The position numbers and the translations under genes are program-made. A DNA stretch of 64,000 bases from Octopus sinensis (taxonomy: Eukaryota), in the NCBI RefSeq assembly GCF_006345805.1, contig NC_043011.1, positions 36,220,464 through 36,284,463 of the forward strand, given 5' to 3'. Numbering within the stretch: position 1 is the stretch's first letter; each line of letters opens with the position of its first letter. The notes under the pieces were generated by a model. That model saw nothing but the letters and a program-made list of their open reading frames with translations, was not told where the DNA came from and searched no databases. Shown in pieces: positions 12,073 through 24,976 of the stretch.

Positions 12073-12439
12073 CTGTGAATGTATGAATGGAAACGTTTCT
12101 ATGTGTACAAAATAGAAAAGTACAACTCTGAAAATAAAAACTGATTTCTTCCCAATTTTGTTTGAGTATGTGTATGCATGTGTGTGATTGGGAAATATGT
12201 GAATGCTTGTATCTGCGATTGTTTAGTACTTCATTTTGTACTTCGTTTGAATTACAATTAGCCATCAATTATAAATGGCACGGGGTCAGCTAGTAAATAA
12301 ATATAGAAATGTCAAAACGGTTGTAAGATAATTAAATAAATTAAATATAAAAATCCACCACCTAACAATCACAGAAGAACCAAAATTAAAATACTCACAA
12401 TATCTTACAAATTAAATTTTTAAAAAAATCCACGAGATT

Positions 12440-12598
12440 TTTTATTCTCTCTCTGTTTATTTTCTCTTATTCCTTTCTGTTGAAGAGCATAGGTTTGAAA
12501 GAAAAGACTTCCTCACTTTCCTGAGCTTCAAACTAATACACTCGCTTGTTGTTCATTCATCTGTCTTCATCTTTTGTTTTTCTATGAATTTCGACAAT
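12440..12598 (+). mobile_element. Decayed relative of the 10876 element with degenerate hammerhead-like motif (12473-12506)
   Basis: ctttCTGTTGAagagcataggtttGAAAgaaaag, followed by taatacactcgcttgttgttc...(TA)n, which parallels the minus strand of 10876-11070. Confidence 0.5.
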
Positions 12599-12857
12599 AT
12601 ATATATATAATCCTAATATTTTCAATGAACTTTTTAATATTTTCTCAAGATTTTCCCTTGTAAACTGTTTTAACATTTTTCTTATTATTATCAAAGAATG
12701 TATATATGCATTGTAATATTTTGTGACAACCAGTACTTAACACAACAAAGTTTTTTACAAAGCTTTTACATTTTACTTTTGACAATCTTTTTCTAAAAAC
12801 GTGAAACCAGTCAAGTGAATAAACACCTTTTAAAATTGCATTTTCAAACCTTCTTTC

Positions 12858-12904
<47 letters not shown>

Positions 12905-13019
12905 TATATATATGTATACATATACACACACAAACATACACATATACGTAATGCAATACATTGCAAGTTATCACAAATAATACAGGTTCAGAGTTTGTAG
13001 AATTAACTTGTATTTCAAT

Positions 13020-13150
13020 AACAGAGATCCGAACAAGTGAAAAGTAGATCGTGTGATGTCTGTATATACAGCAATACCACATTGTGGTGAGACTTGGGCC
13101 TTGGATGTGGGGAAGATGCAAAAACTAGGGAGGACTGAAGCCAGTATGCT
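13020..13150 (+). pseudogene. RTE-clade LINE ORF2 fragment
   Basis: YTAIPHCGETWALDVGKMQKLGRTEASML resembles the RTE post-RT motif (TAMLYGSETW...ERNEASMLRW). Confidence 0.6.
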
Positions 13151-13222
13151 CCCTCTCTTCTGTTGTTCCTACCCCTTGCACATCCTTTTACTACTTTCTG
13201 TTTTATTCTCCTTCCTGAGTCA

Positions 13223-13632
13223 AGGTGGTAACCTGGCAGAATCGTTAGCACGCCGGGTGAAATACTTAGCGGTATTTCGTCTGCCGTTGTATTCTGAGTT
13301 CAAATTCCACCTAGGTCGACTTTGCCTTTCATCCTCTCAGGGTCGATTAAATAAGTATCAGTTATGCACTGTGGTCGATATAATCGACTTAATCCTTTTG
13401 TCTGTCCTTGTTTGTCCCCTCTATGTTTAGCCCCTTGTGAGCAATTAAGAAATAAGAAATATTAGCATGCTGGGTGAAATGCGTAGCAGTATTTTGTCTG
13501 TGTTTAAATTCTGAGGTCAAATTCCACCGATGTTGGTTTTGCCTTTCATCCTTTTGGGGTCGATAAATTAAGTACCAATTGTGTATTGAGGTCGATCTAA
13601 TCGACTGCTCCCCTCCCCAAAATTTCACCATG
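13223..13632 (+). mobile_element. SINE family B dimer (long-tail plus short-tail monomer)
   Basis: Two consecutive central domains. The first ends tttagccccttgtgagcaattaagaaata, the second gtgcctggagtagaaaaga. Confidence 0.9.
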
Positions 13633-14099
13633 TGCCTGGAGTAGAAAAGATTCGCTTTCCTGAGTCACTCCATATTTCCAATATTATCCCCCTACATACA
13701 AATATTTCTTATCATTTGCACCCACACCATTACTCACTATATTAACATTAATTTCTATCTCAACCTGTTTCCTCCCTCCCCACACTCTTATGAAAGCATC
13801 TCCTCTCTCTTTCCCACCCATGATCAACTGTCCAAGTCCTCTCTCAAGCTTGCCTTCTTGCTCCTTGACAGTTTGCTCTAATACCCCCCTCACTTCACTG
13901 CCTTCCTCTTCTCACCTCTGTAGCAAACACCTGTGCCTATCCCTCAATAATGCTTTAGCCTTTCAACACCTGGCATACAGACACCCACCTCTGCCTTCCT
14001 CTCCCAAATACTTCTTAGTAACAATAGCCTTTTCCTTTACCATTTTCTTTGTTCTTTTCTGTCTTTCAAGTCACATGGCGACCTCAAAATTGCTAGGGG

Positions 14100-14530
14100 T
14101 TTGAAAAAAAAGCACCCCGTACACTCTGTAAAGTGGTTGGCATCAGGAAGGGCACCCAGATGTCGATACCATCCCTAGGCAGCAAATTGGCCAAAATATT
14201 AGCACTCTGGGCGAAATGCTTAGCGGTATTTCGTCTGCCATTATATTCTGAGTTCAAATCCCGCCGAGGTCAACTTTGCCTTTCATCCTTTCGGGGTCAG
14301 TTAAATAAATACCAGTTACACACTGGGGTCGATATAATCAACTTATTCCCTTAGTCTATCCTTGTTTAGCCCACTCTATGTTTAGCCCCCTGTGGGCAAT
14401 TAAGAAATAAGAGACGGTGCCTAACATGACAGTGGTGCTCGATATAGTTCTGCAACTGACTGGTTCCCTGTTAAACCAACTTATCTATACATGTCAGCGT
14501 GGAAAGCAGATATTAAATGATGATGATGAT
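14100..14530 (+). mobile_element. Family C copy interrupted by a SINE B (14178-14410)
   Basis: aaaagcaccccgtacactctgtaaagtggttggcatcaggaagggc lies before the SINE B copy, and ggaaagcagatattaaatgatgatgatgat after it. Confidence 0.75.
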
Positions 14531-15890
14531 ATGTGTGTATGTATGTATTTTCTGTTTTTGATTATTTAAATTCTTCCTTTGAAGTAGGGGCTGGTTTCTA
14601 GCAAAGATACAAAGCTCCATCATTGGACTGTAAATAACAAAAGTAACGTCACATTTAAAACCTGAGAAAAGACTTGCATAATTTTACTGTTCTGCTTGTA
14701 GATTTTATTTTTAATGTGTGAGGTGATCGATTACTTTTCCTGAAAATCCAAGCATATCTAGATTGAAAGTTTGGCATTTACTTACAAAACCAAGTACCCC
14801 ATCACCTTCATCACCGATAAACTGAAAAGATTTTCGAAATTCTTTAAGGGTTTTTGAACATGAGAGGAGTTCTAACAGGTTTTGTCAGAGAAATTTGATC
14901 AAATCATTATTACGAAGCACATTACAATTTTAGCGAAAATTCCTTTCTGTGAACAATGTCAAACCATTTTTGTTCTCATAAAGATTCTTAAGTAAAAAAT
15001 GCAATGCAATGAAACATGGATATGTTTAAAATACAAACTCACAGACCCCCACCCCAAAAAAAAAACTATAAAAGATAATTTTGTTTGTTCATAATAACTT
15101 CCATTATTAATTATTAATAGTGTGCTATTTTAAATAATTAAACGTTATAATTGCACAAGACTTAAAAAATATATGTCATTAATTTAATTCATTAATTTCC
15201 TTTATAAAAGACTGTTTTCTGTTTAAAGTTTGTTTTGATTAAGTAAACACAATAATGAAAATATTTTTTATCCAAATTTTAGAAAATTTCAGAAGCTGTA
15301 ATCAAGACTAACATTCTTACTTTGTCTTTTGTTTTTCGGCAAAAAAAAAAAAATCAAAACGTTTTAATGAGTCTACTCTCAGATTGGCCAATTATGTGAA
15401 CAACTTACATTCATTAGCAGTTTCTTTCAGTTCCTAATTTTAGTACAAGGCCTGAAATGTAGGATGGAGGTTAGTTGATAGTGTCAACCGCAATGCTTGA
15501 CTGGTACTTTATTTTATCAACCCTCAAGGAATGAAAAACGAAGTTGGCCTTGAGGGGATTTCAATTCACAACTTAAAGGAAGACAGAATATTTACCATAA
15601 TTTGTCCAATGCTTAAATGATTTTTGCCAATCAACAAATAATGTGTTAAAATTATCATTCACCAGGTCAATCATGAAACACTTTAAAATTTCTTACATAT
15701 TTCTGTCTTCTAGGAAGATTAACTGGATCCAAAACAGGAGCCTTACCATAATGGAGTCTTGAAGAGAACTGAAGTGAATTGGTTGTGAACAATTCTTTGC
15801 CTTTCACAAATTAATTGCTATGTTCTTAAACTCTCAAGTCATCTCAATTTATCAGCTGTGGTCTATCTTAAGTTGTCAGATTCTGGTTGG

Positions 15891-16330
15891 CAGGAGTGGC
15901 TGTGTGGTAAGTAGCTTGCTTACCAACCACGTGGTTCTGGGTTCTGTCCCACTGCATGGCACCTTGGGCAAGTGTCTTCTTTTATACCCTCGGGCTGACC
16001 AAAGCCTTGTGAATGGATTTAGTAGACAGAAACTGAAAGAAGTCCGTCATGTATACACACGCACACACAAACACACACATACACACACACACACACATAT
16101 ATGTATGTATATGTTTGTGTGTCCGTGTTTGTCCCCATAACATCGCTTGACAACTGATTCTGGTTTGTTTATGTCCCTGTCACTTAGCAGTTCAGCCTGA
16201 GAGACCGATAGAATAAGTACTAGGCTTACAAAGAATAAGTCTTGGGGTCGATTTGCTTGACTACAGGCAGTGCTCCAGCATGGCTGCAGTCAAATGACTG
16301 AAACAAATTAAAGAAAAAAATTAAAGAAAA
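15891..16330 (+). mobile_element. SINE family A (tRNA head, CORE-like domain, CR1-like tail)
   Basis: caggagtggctgtgtggtaag (A-box-like), ggttctgtccc (B-box-like), CORE-like accttgggcaagtgtctt, internal (CA)n, tail gcagtgctccagcatggctgcagtcaaatgactgaaac. Confidence 0.92.
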
Positions 16331-18464
16331 GATTCAATACCAATTTGATCCCAATCTCATAATACAAAGTGACACTAGTTCATCAAGCAACTTACTATAC
16401 AACTCATCCTGTTTCAAGCAGACAACTGATAGTAATTACTGACAAACCTTAGGGTTTTCTCTTGCCTTCTTTTAAAGCTGAGGTGAGGGACAACGGAGCT
16501 GTTCCCCTTCTCACAGCAGACAGCCATGGTGTGTATTTAATAATGCAAACATTTTCCTCCCACCCAAAACACAAGTAAATTCCATGAAACCATTAACGAT
16601 TATAAACATCAATATAAGGTACGAAACGAAGAGGAAATAACTTCAAAACACAGAGGAAAAAATTATGAGAACTAACTGAAATGAATGAAATGTATTCAGA
16701 AAATAGAAAAATGATAGAGTCAGTAAAAGTAAATTATAATGATATAAAAAAATAAGGAAGAAGTTTCGGAAATATCTGAGAAATACTGGAAGACACAGAA
16801 ATGAGGAAATATTAGAAACACTAAAAATGATTTTAAGTAACTAAAAGGTTTTAAAGTAAGAGAGCAAAAGGACTGGAAAGGAATAATGGCTAAAAATACT
16901 GAGTGACAAATTGGAAAAAAAATATTGAAACTATAGAAAAATAAATGAAAATTGCTGAAACTATTTGAAATCAATGAAGAGGTAAAAAAAAAATATTCGT
17001 AACTGAAACACAAGAAGCAAACTCTGAAAAAGATAAGAAAATCCCAAATATGACCTAGAAGGATTGAAAACAGCTAAAAAGCTCCAAAAATTATGGAACA
17101 AGACTCGGAAATGAATGAAACTGATAAAAATTATTGAAATGCAACAGGAAAAAATAAATAGAGGCACTGAAATAGTTGGAGAAAATGGAAAATGTCATGA
17201 AAATGAGTGAAACAATAGAAAATTTGAAAAATAATGGGGAAAAAATGCTGAATGAAACAGACAAGGGATGAACACAGTTGAAAGGGATTTAAAAGAACAA
17301 TGAAATATTGAAAATACTCAAAAGAAAATTACAAAAAAAATTTTAAATATCTGAAAAAGAAGTGAAAAATACATCATTGCAAAAATTTAGTATGTGCAAC
17401 AGGCATGTGTAAATGTATTTCATTTTTCAATGTGTTTGTAAGTATTTAATTAAAAGTTTCCAATCATACCATGGAAAACTTAAACCATTATGCTTCTTTT
17501 TTTAAAATCAATGTTAATACTCGCACATGGGTTTTGAAAGAAGCTAAAGATATTAAAAATGTAATAAATTAGAATGGGATTTCTAACCATGGAGAAGTTG
17601 ATCATAGAAAAGTCCTTTTAGTTATTAAATTCATTTTTCCTTCGTAAAATGAAAAATGGAAGAAAAAAAAGGAAAGAAAGACAGAAATAAAAACTGGAGA
17701 TGAAAGTATATGGTTATACAAAAAAAAAATGAGAAAAATCCTCATGGAATTACAGAAAATTTTCACAATATGCCAGTTCATGAGTGATATCAATGTAAGA
17801 GAAAAATAGATGGCAAAATATCAATTTGCTTCAGCAACTCTTATTGGCTTATTCTCAGAAACATATTTTTCTTTTCCAAAAGGTAATTTTTCTCAATAAA
17901 TCAAAACTTGTGTGAAAGGGTCACTTATTCATGCTTTATTTCTCAGAATTTATTGACAGCCCATGAATATTAGGAATTCACAAAGCTATCCTTTTGCAGA
18001 AACGCATTCATGAATTTCTCCAACACACTTTGAAATCAATGCTACAACAACAGAAGAAATTACACACACATATCTCCAAACTTCTGGTATTTTTTTCAGG
18101 GAATATATTCCTGATACATATAGAATCAACTGACAAACCTATCATAAGAATCAGCTTAACAAACCCAAGAACTAATAAATTTATCTAACACCTTATCTAT
18201 TTCTGATAATGTTAGCATGTACAATAATCCTTTCACAAACCATTGGGATTCATAAGGCCAATGTTAGTGTTAAGCAAAGTGGGGATAGCATAAGAGTCTG
18301 TCAAAAGTCATATTTTCAAAAGACGTAGCCTATATTCTGCGGTTAAGTAAAACTGTAACAGGCAATATAAAGTCTCTTTCACAGTGACAAATGAAATGTT
18401 TTCAATGCATTATGATCTCATGGTAGCTGTGTCAGAAGATTTATCTATTTAATATTATCATCAT

Positions 18465-18735
18465 TGTTGTGGTGAAATCCTGATACCCCTGTTGGATAGC
18501 AAGTCAACTGTCCTAAACCATATAAAGGCATATATGCACTGTCGGTGGAGGACGGTGTGGTGCGTGCAGGTGATTTGTGACGAGAGTTGGTGAAGTCATT
18601 GAGAAGAGGTATTGTTTGTTACATGTTGTTCTGCTTCATATTTGTATTGTTATAATCTTGTTACATGTCCACGTTATAAAGTGGCATATACAGTGAGTTC
18701 AAAGAAGGACATAACAGTGTTAACGAGACACAACA
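18465..18735. mobile_element. Solo LTR (271 bp)
   Basis: Termini TGTTGTG...CACAACA form a perfect 7-bp inverted repeat, with 5-bp TSD atcat (18460-18464 and 18736-18740) and TATA-like tataaa at 18521. Confidence 0.8.
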
Positions 18736-19085
18736 ATCATCATCATTTAACATCTGTTTTCATTGCTGGCATGGGTTGGACGGTTTGATCAGAGCTAGCA
18801 AACCTGGGAGCTGCACCAAACTCCAGTCTGATTTGGTATGGTTTTTTATGGCTGGATGCTCTTCTTAATGCCATATGCTTTACAGAGTGTGGGCTAAGTG
18901 CTTTTACGAGGCACAGGCATGAGTGGTTTTTATGTGGCATCAGCACAAGACTGTTGCAGGCCAATCCTCTTCACCAAGGAGAGTGGCCGCTTCTACCGTG
19001 GGGTACAGAACTTCTTGAGTACAGGAAGGTGCCAGGTATCTCTGTCTTTTGTCATCTCAGCTGAAAGGTTTAGCATCCTTATGTC
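18736..19085 (-). mobile_element. RTE LINE 3' end continuous with the family C block
   Basis: Minus strand DIRMLNLSAEMTKDRDTWHLPVLKK (RTE C-terminus-like) runs into the family C sequence and its (GAT)n tail. Confidence 0.7.
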
Positions 19086-19278
19086 ATCAATCTAAATAAA
19101 TATTCAATTGTATATATGCTTAGTACTGGACTTGTGACTTATAATGACTCAGAGACGCTGTCAGTAGGAAAAACAACAGCTAAGGTACAAAACAAAATAT
19201 CAATCACTCTTCAAAATGGCACCTTTCTCATTACATAACTAATTTTAGCTATGAGTATGCACTCAGCATCAAATATAT

Positions 19279-19645
19279 TGTGTGGTAAGTAGCTTGCTTC
19301 CTAACCACATGGTTCTGGGTTCAGTCCCACTGTGTGGCACCTTGGGCAAGTGTCTTATACTATAGCCTGGGATCAACCAAAGCCTTGTCAGTGGATTTGG
19401 TAGATGGAAACTGAAAGAATCCCGTCATATGTGTTTGTGTGTCTGTCTATCCCTGCCAACATTGCTTGACAACCGATGCTGGTGTGTTTATGTTCCTGTA
19501 ACTTAGCAGTTGTAGAGACCGATAGAAGAAGTGCTAGGCTTACAAAGAATAAGGCCTGGGGTCGATTTGCTTAACTAAAGGTGGTGCTCCAGCATGGCCA
19601 CAGTCAAATGACTGAAACAAGTGAAAGTATAAAAGAGTAAAAGAA
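19279..19645 (+). mobile_element. SINE family A
   Basis: Full body with tail ggtggtgctccagcatggccacagtcaaatgactgaaac...aaaagagtaaaag. Confidence 0.92.
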
Positions 19646-20747
19646 TAACTTCTCTAATTACTAATAAACTGCATTTAAAGTATGATTGCACCGTTAATAA
19701 CCATTTGATCTCCATTGAAGTCTTTTAACAAATCTTCTATACAGCCACCCACAGTTTCCAACCATTCACTAATTGACATTACTAATTTGTTGTACGGCAA
19801 ATCTAATTTGAAAATTAAGCCGTCTTGGGAAAGAAGCTTTGAGATTTACAAAAAAGTTCAATTGTCATGAACACACAGAAAACAGAAAGAGACAAGTGGA
19901 AAGGAAGTGAGGGTTATTTCTGCTTTCAAAAGCAAATATCTCACTATGTCCCACCAAAAGACCTTTTAAAAGAAGCCACTGCCATTCAGACAAAGTTCAT
20001 AATTGGTTGAATATTTCAATAATTATTTAGACGCTCTTCTCACTTACTTTCCGATTATCACACACATCTTTATTAGCCATTCATTCCATACATTACAAAC
20101 ATAAGTGAAAAATTTCCTTTTCTTTCATAAAACGTGATGAACATAGCAAAAGCACTTTAACCTCGAATTTCAATAGGTTTATAGTTGTTAAGAAATAAAT
20201 TGGCAGCAAATATTTTACACTTATTCTCTTTAGCATTCAGATATTATATTTTTCTTTTTTTCTTTTTTACCACTCTTTTTAAAACATTGTAAACATTTAT
20301 ACATTTATAGAAAAAAAAAATGAAATAAAATGTTTTTGATTTTAAATAATTCAACACTTTAAGGAAATGAATGTGACTCATTAATTGCTGTAGAGTGGCC
20401 CTAATTTCAACAGAGATCAAAATTTATTTGTTTTTTGGTTTTTGTTTTATTTATGTCTTGTCTTTCAATGTTGCAGACTTCAGGAAATCAGTATGCAAGC
20501 TAAAATGACACAAAAGCCCTGCTGACTTTCAACAAAGGGTGATAATGACTATGAATAAAATATTTCTAATTCAGAACAGTAGGACATCAAGTAAGGTATA
20601 TAAAACATGGAAGATGGTTCGTTATCTTCTAAACCGGTACTGCTATGCTAAAATTTTCAACCACTTTTCCTACATAGATTTTTACAGATTTACATTATAT
20701 TAAACACTCTCTCACTTTCTCTCTCTCTCTCACGCACATATATATAC

Positions 20748-20789
<42 letters not shown>

Positions 20790-21686
20790 CTATACATATC
20801 TGTATATACATACAAACTTATGCAAACATACATAGAAACATACATGCATACACACATACACACACTTATATAAAATGCTTGTGTGAGTGTGTGTATATGT
20901 ATCTATGCCCGTGAATACCTGTGAATATATGAGTGTGTGCCTGTAGATATATATATATATACACACATATATATGTATACATATATATATATAGATAGAT
21001 ATAGATATAGATATAGATAGATAGACACACACATGCACACACACATACATATGATTCATTCACACAACATAAAAACAGGTATCAAATTATTTCTAATATC
21101 ACAATCTTTCCTTTGATCCAAGACATTTAGAATCTTAAAACAATATATTATAAAGACATAAATATCCGAATTGTTTTCCTATCCAACTTCTAATGACGCA
21201 TCTATAATGCATTGCCAATTTTTGAGTTTAAAACTATTTCACATAAAAATAGTTATATTAACAACAAAAACATATACTTCATAAAACAAACCTAACAAAA
21301 TTCAATTTTGATACAAAATACACTTCTATCTATAGAGATTGAGCTCCTAAGGAAAGCAGGTAATTACATTTCACAAGAATTGCTTAAACAGAATAAAGTA
21401 ATTTTCTTACATAAAAAAAAAGACATTCTATTTTCAAAATTTTTGATTAAGATATTTATTATTCTACAAAAACTTGTTGGTTGAGGATTCAAATCTGCAA
21501 AAGATGTTTTATCATGTTTCTAGTAAAGTGTTAAGAATATGTACCACATCTTTTGAGAATCTCACCTCTCACCACTTAGCTTTTCATGGACTGGCTAATC
21601 GCGTGTTCGTTTTACTTGGGAGAAAAAAATGTCTAGTTCTTGCAAGGACTTTTATTTTCAGGAATTCAAAGACATATTTTATAAAC

Positions 21687-21807
21687 AGGCACAGGAGTGG
21701 CTGTGTAGTAAGTAGCTTGCTTACCAACCACATGGTTCTGGGTTCAGTCCCACAGTGTGGTACCTTGGGCAAGTGTCTTCTACTATAGCCTCGGGCCGAC
21801 CAAAGCC
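21687..21807 (+). mobile_element. SINE family A, 3'-truncated
   Basis: Head and CORE-like domain up to gaccaaagcc. Confidence 0.85.
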
Positions 21808-21872
21808 ATGTCATCCAAATCTCTTCAAACTGTAGTGGTTGGTGCCTCCTCGCCATAACTGCAACTACAGTA

Positions 21873-22728
21873 TGAGGTGGTATCAAAAAATTCCTGAACT
21901 AGTTCTATAGTGCACCAACAGATGGTAGCACATGGCTGCATGTGCAATGAGAGCTAGCAGTGACTTTCATGAGGCAGTGTGCCAAGTGACATCACTGTGG
22001 TTACTTCGCAAGTTGTGAAATTTGTGTTTTTGTGGTCACGTGTATGCCATAGTCTGTGATTTTGTCATGGACAGGAACAAAGAGCCAATGTGGAATTTTG
22101 TGTTGAATTCGGGAAATCTGCTACAGAGACATTAAGCAAGACAATGGATCATACAGGCATTTCAAAAGAAGAAGTATGTCCCTAGAACATGAGTGATCAG
22201 GAAGACCTGTCACAAATGTCAAACACCAGAAGTTTGATATTGCGTATCGAGTATTTGTCCCCCAGGGCCAGACCATCAATCGAGAGTTATGCTGCAACGT
22301 TTTGAAGCTTTTGAGGGAGGACATCTGGCAAAAGCAACCAGATCTATGGAGTGTGAAGAATTGGATTTTTTTATTGAACTCCTCTCACTTGTGAGCTCTT
22401 TACCAAAAATAACATGGTATCACATTTGTACCTACCTTATTCACCAGATTTAGCACCTGCATTCTTCCATATCTTCCCCAAAATGAAAATACAGCTCAAA
22501 GGTTGGTGCTTTAACACCGATGTTGAGATCCAAAGTGAATCTCAGAAGGCTCTCAACTATCTTACAGAAAACGAATTCCAGGTCAAATTCCAAACGGGGC
22601 AGGAATGGTGGGACCAGTGTAGTGCTGCACAAGGTAAGTATTTCAAAGGAGATACTGTTAAAACTTATGTAAATAAGTTATTTTTTTATTAAGCATAACT
22701 AGTTCAAGAACCTTTTGACATCACCTCA
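21873..22728 (+). mobile_element. Internally deleted mariner (Tc1/mariner) transposon
   Basis: TA TSD; TIRs tgaggtggtatcaaaaaattcctgaactag and ctagttcaagaaccttttgacatcacctca; peptides RANVEFCVEFGKSATETL, FVPQGQTINRE and PYSPDLAP...YFKGD. Confidence 0.92.
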
Positions 22729-22876
22729 TAAAGTGTACAAACCAACTATGGAAGCTCTACGTGGTCACTCAGTTTGCTGAAATAGCAGCCAAATTGCCTA
22801 ATGTACCAAATCTTCATAAATATAGGATACATTAGTCAGTGTAATTTTCCCCATCCCCATATATATATGAATCAGA

Positions 22877-23190
22877 CAGTGGTGGACTGGCCAGGTTGCC
22901 AGCTTGCCTGATGGCAAGTGGGCCCCTGTGCCATATAGAATCCATATATGGGGCCCATTCCCTCAAGTTTGAGAAATTTTTATTCACTCCTGGAAGAATG
23001 CATTATTTATTTCAGACAGTTGAAAAGAATACTTTTAACAAAAAAAACACAGAATTAAATGACACCATTGTAGTTGCAGGTGGACCCCCTTGTAGTTGTG
23101 GGTGGGTTCCCTAATACTTGTGGGTGGGCCTTCTTGTAGTTGTGGGTGGGTCTCCTTGCAACCAATATTTTTAGACCCAGCCCACGACTG
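22877..23190. mobile_element. hAT-type MITE (314 bp)
   Basis: TIRs CAGTGGTGGACTGG and (reverse complement) CAGTCGTGGGCTGG; 8-bp TSD gaatcaga/gaatcaca; internal ~22-bp tandem repeat ccttgtagttgtgggtggg. Confidence 0.7.
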
Positions 23191-23334
23191 GAATCACATT
23201 ATCGACCAGACTATCGGATGCTATTATGCATCGCCGGTCACAATGCACTTTTGTATCATTTGTAGCTTTCAAATGATGCTTGATGCTACTCCATCTCTGG
23301 GTAGGTGAGCAGTATGACATTACCCTCCAATTAG

Positions 23335-23490
23335 AAGGCTAGTCTATTGGAGGGTCACCTATTTACAGCTGAGTGGACTGGAGTAACATGAAGTGTTTTA
23401 CTCGAGAACACAATGTGCTGCCTTATCTGGAAACAAAGCTCATGATCATTAGATTGGGAGTCTTATACCCTAACCACTGAACCATGCGCT
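23335..23490 (-). mobile_element. SINE family E fragment
   Basis: Minus-strand tRNA-like head (gcgcatggttcagtggttaggg) and ctccagtccactcagctg body. Confidence 0.65.
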
Positions 23491-23498
23491 TTCATATA

Positions 23499-24130
23499 TC
23501 TATATATATATAAAGCTGAAGTTGTCTGTGTGTGTGTGTGTGTGTGTGGCAGGTTTGGTAGCCTTCAACTAACACTATCTCCTCCGAGACCCTGCGGTGC
23601 AAGTTGACCAAAGTTGACAGTAAGATAGAAGAAGGCTTGCTCTTCCTTCCGTAGAAGAAAAAATTCAAATCGGACCGTGTTAAGATCAAAAATTATTTAC
23701 ATAACAAAGGTGCTTTTTTCTATGAAAATCCCTATTTTCTACGATTTTTTGACTGCTGTGTCGCCATTTTTTCGTGTATTTCAACCAGAAAAATGTTCAC
23801 TTAACCCTTTCGTTACTGTATTTCTGCTGAGATGCTCTGTATTTCTTTCAATTAATTTTAGAAATAACAAAGATTTTAGTAAAATAACTTAGTCATCATT
23901 AAGCTGGTGTTAGGAACATAAATTGTGACTAAGGTTTGATAGAAGATTTCAATTCAAAACTTATGGAAACAAGACATTTGTACTACAGAGCCAGAGCCGG
24001 TTTCAGCCGGTTGGTAACAAAAGGGAGAGAATAACAAGCTACATAATGCAAAACTTTTACTTTTCAAAAATTCCTATTCTAAAGGGTCGAAAAGAAAACA
24101 AACCCGAGCAACACCGGGCTATACTGCTAA
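23499..24130 (+). mobile_element. Non-autonomous Helitron carrying a nested MITE
   Basis: Inserted between A and T; 5' TCtatatatatataaag followed by (TG)n; 3' hairpin cccgagcaacaccggg 7 nt upstream of terminal CTAA (CTRR). Confidence 0.75.
23805..24025. mobile_element. piggyBac-like MITE nested in the Helitron
   Basis: Left TTAA then ccctttcgttac; right end gtaacaaaaggg; right-hand TTAA missing. Confidence 0.6.
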
Positions 24131-24700
24131 TATTTATATAAGACTGACTTGGATTAAAAGAACAAAACAATATACACCATTATTCAACTAAGAAAAATAA
24201 TTATCCCAAGTGCAAGAGTTCATGGTATAATGCTGTATCTTTGTGCAACGCAACAGAGTATTTCAAAAGAGAAACAGGAATAACGATAATTGTGTTTTTC
24301 TCAATGGTATTAGCAGTTAAAGCAAAAAACGAAGAGTGAGTCTTAGTTCCCATCCTATATATAAGTAGCACATTTTTTTCTTGTTGGAATAATGAGCCAA
24401 ACAAGGTCTTACATTGTTTAACATAATAATGTCTGTTGTTTGATGCTTAGCATTAATATCATGTAAAAACTGTGAAATAAAGGAAAATAATAAAGAAAAT
24501 ATCAGTTCCCTGTCTATATGTGTGTGTCTGTATATGTGTTTTGTTTTTTGATTTGAAAACCCCACTAGAAAGGGAGAAAGCGCTAATGATCTAAGTGATA
24601 TGATATATATATAAAAAATGTAATATACAAATAAATATCTGTAAATATAAACCATCCGATCTTCTGAGTACCTCATTTCTTCTAATATATATATATATAT

Positions 24701-24912
24701 AGTTAATCCAAACAAGAAAACACAGAAAAAAAGAGAAAAAAACACAGCAACGCGAGGACGTGGAACAATTAATGTATTATTGACGCTCATGAAAGAAGGG
24801 AAGGAGGGTTTAACGTTTCGAGCGGAGCTCTTCGTCGGAAACAAGGAGAAGGAAAGATCCCAAGAAGGGAAGACAGAGGAAAAAGTATTTTTGCTGGTGG
24901 TGCTCAAGAGAT

Positions 24913-24915
<3 letters not shown>
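24701..24915 (-). mobile_element. Short hammerhead-bearing element, same family as 10876-11070
   Basis: agttaatccaaac...caacg...ggacgtggaaca...gtttaacgtttcgagcggagctcttcgtcggaaac; flanked by (TA)n and (CA)n. Confidence 0.8.
24808..24842 (-). ncRNA. Minimal hammerhead motif with CCGACGA core variant
   Basis: Minus strand GUUU-CCGACGA-A-GAGC(UCC)GCUC-GAAAC-GUU-AAAC. Confidence 0.65.
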
Positions 24916-24976
<61 letters not shown>

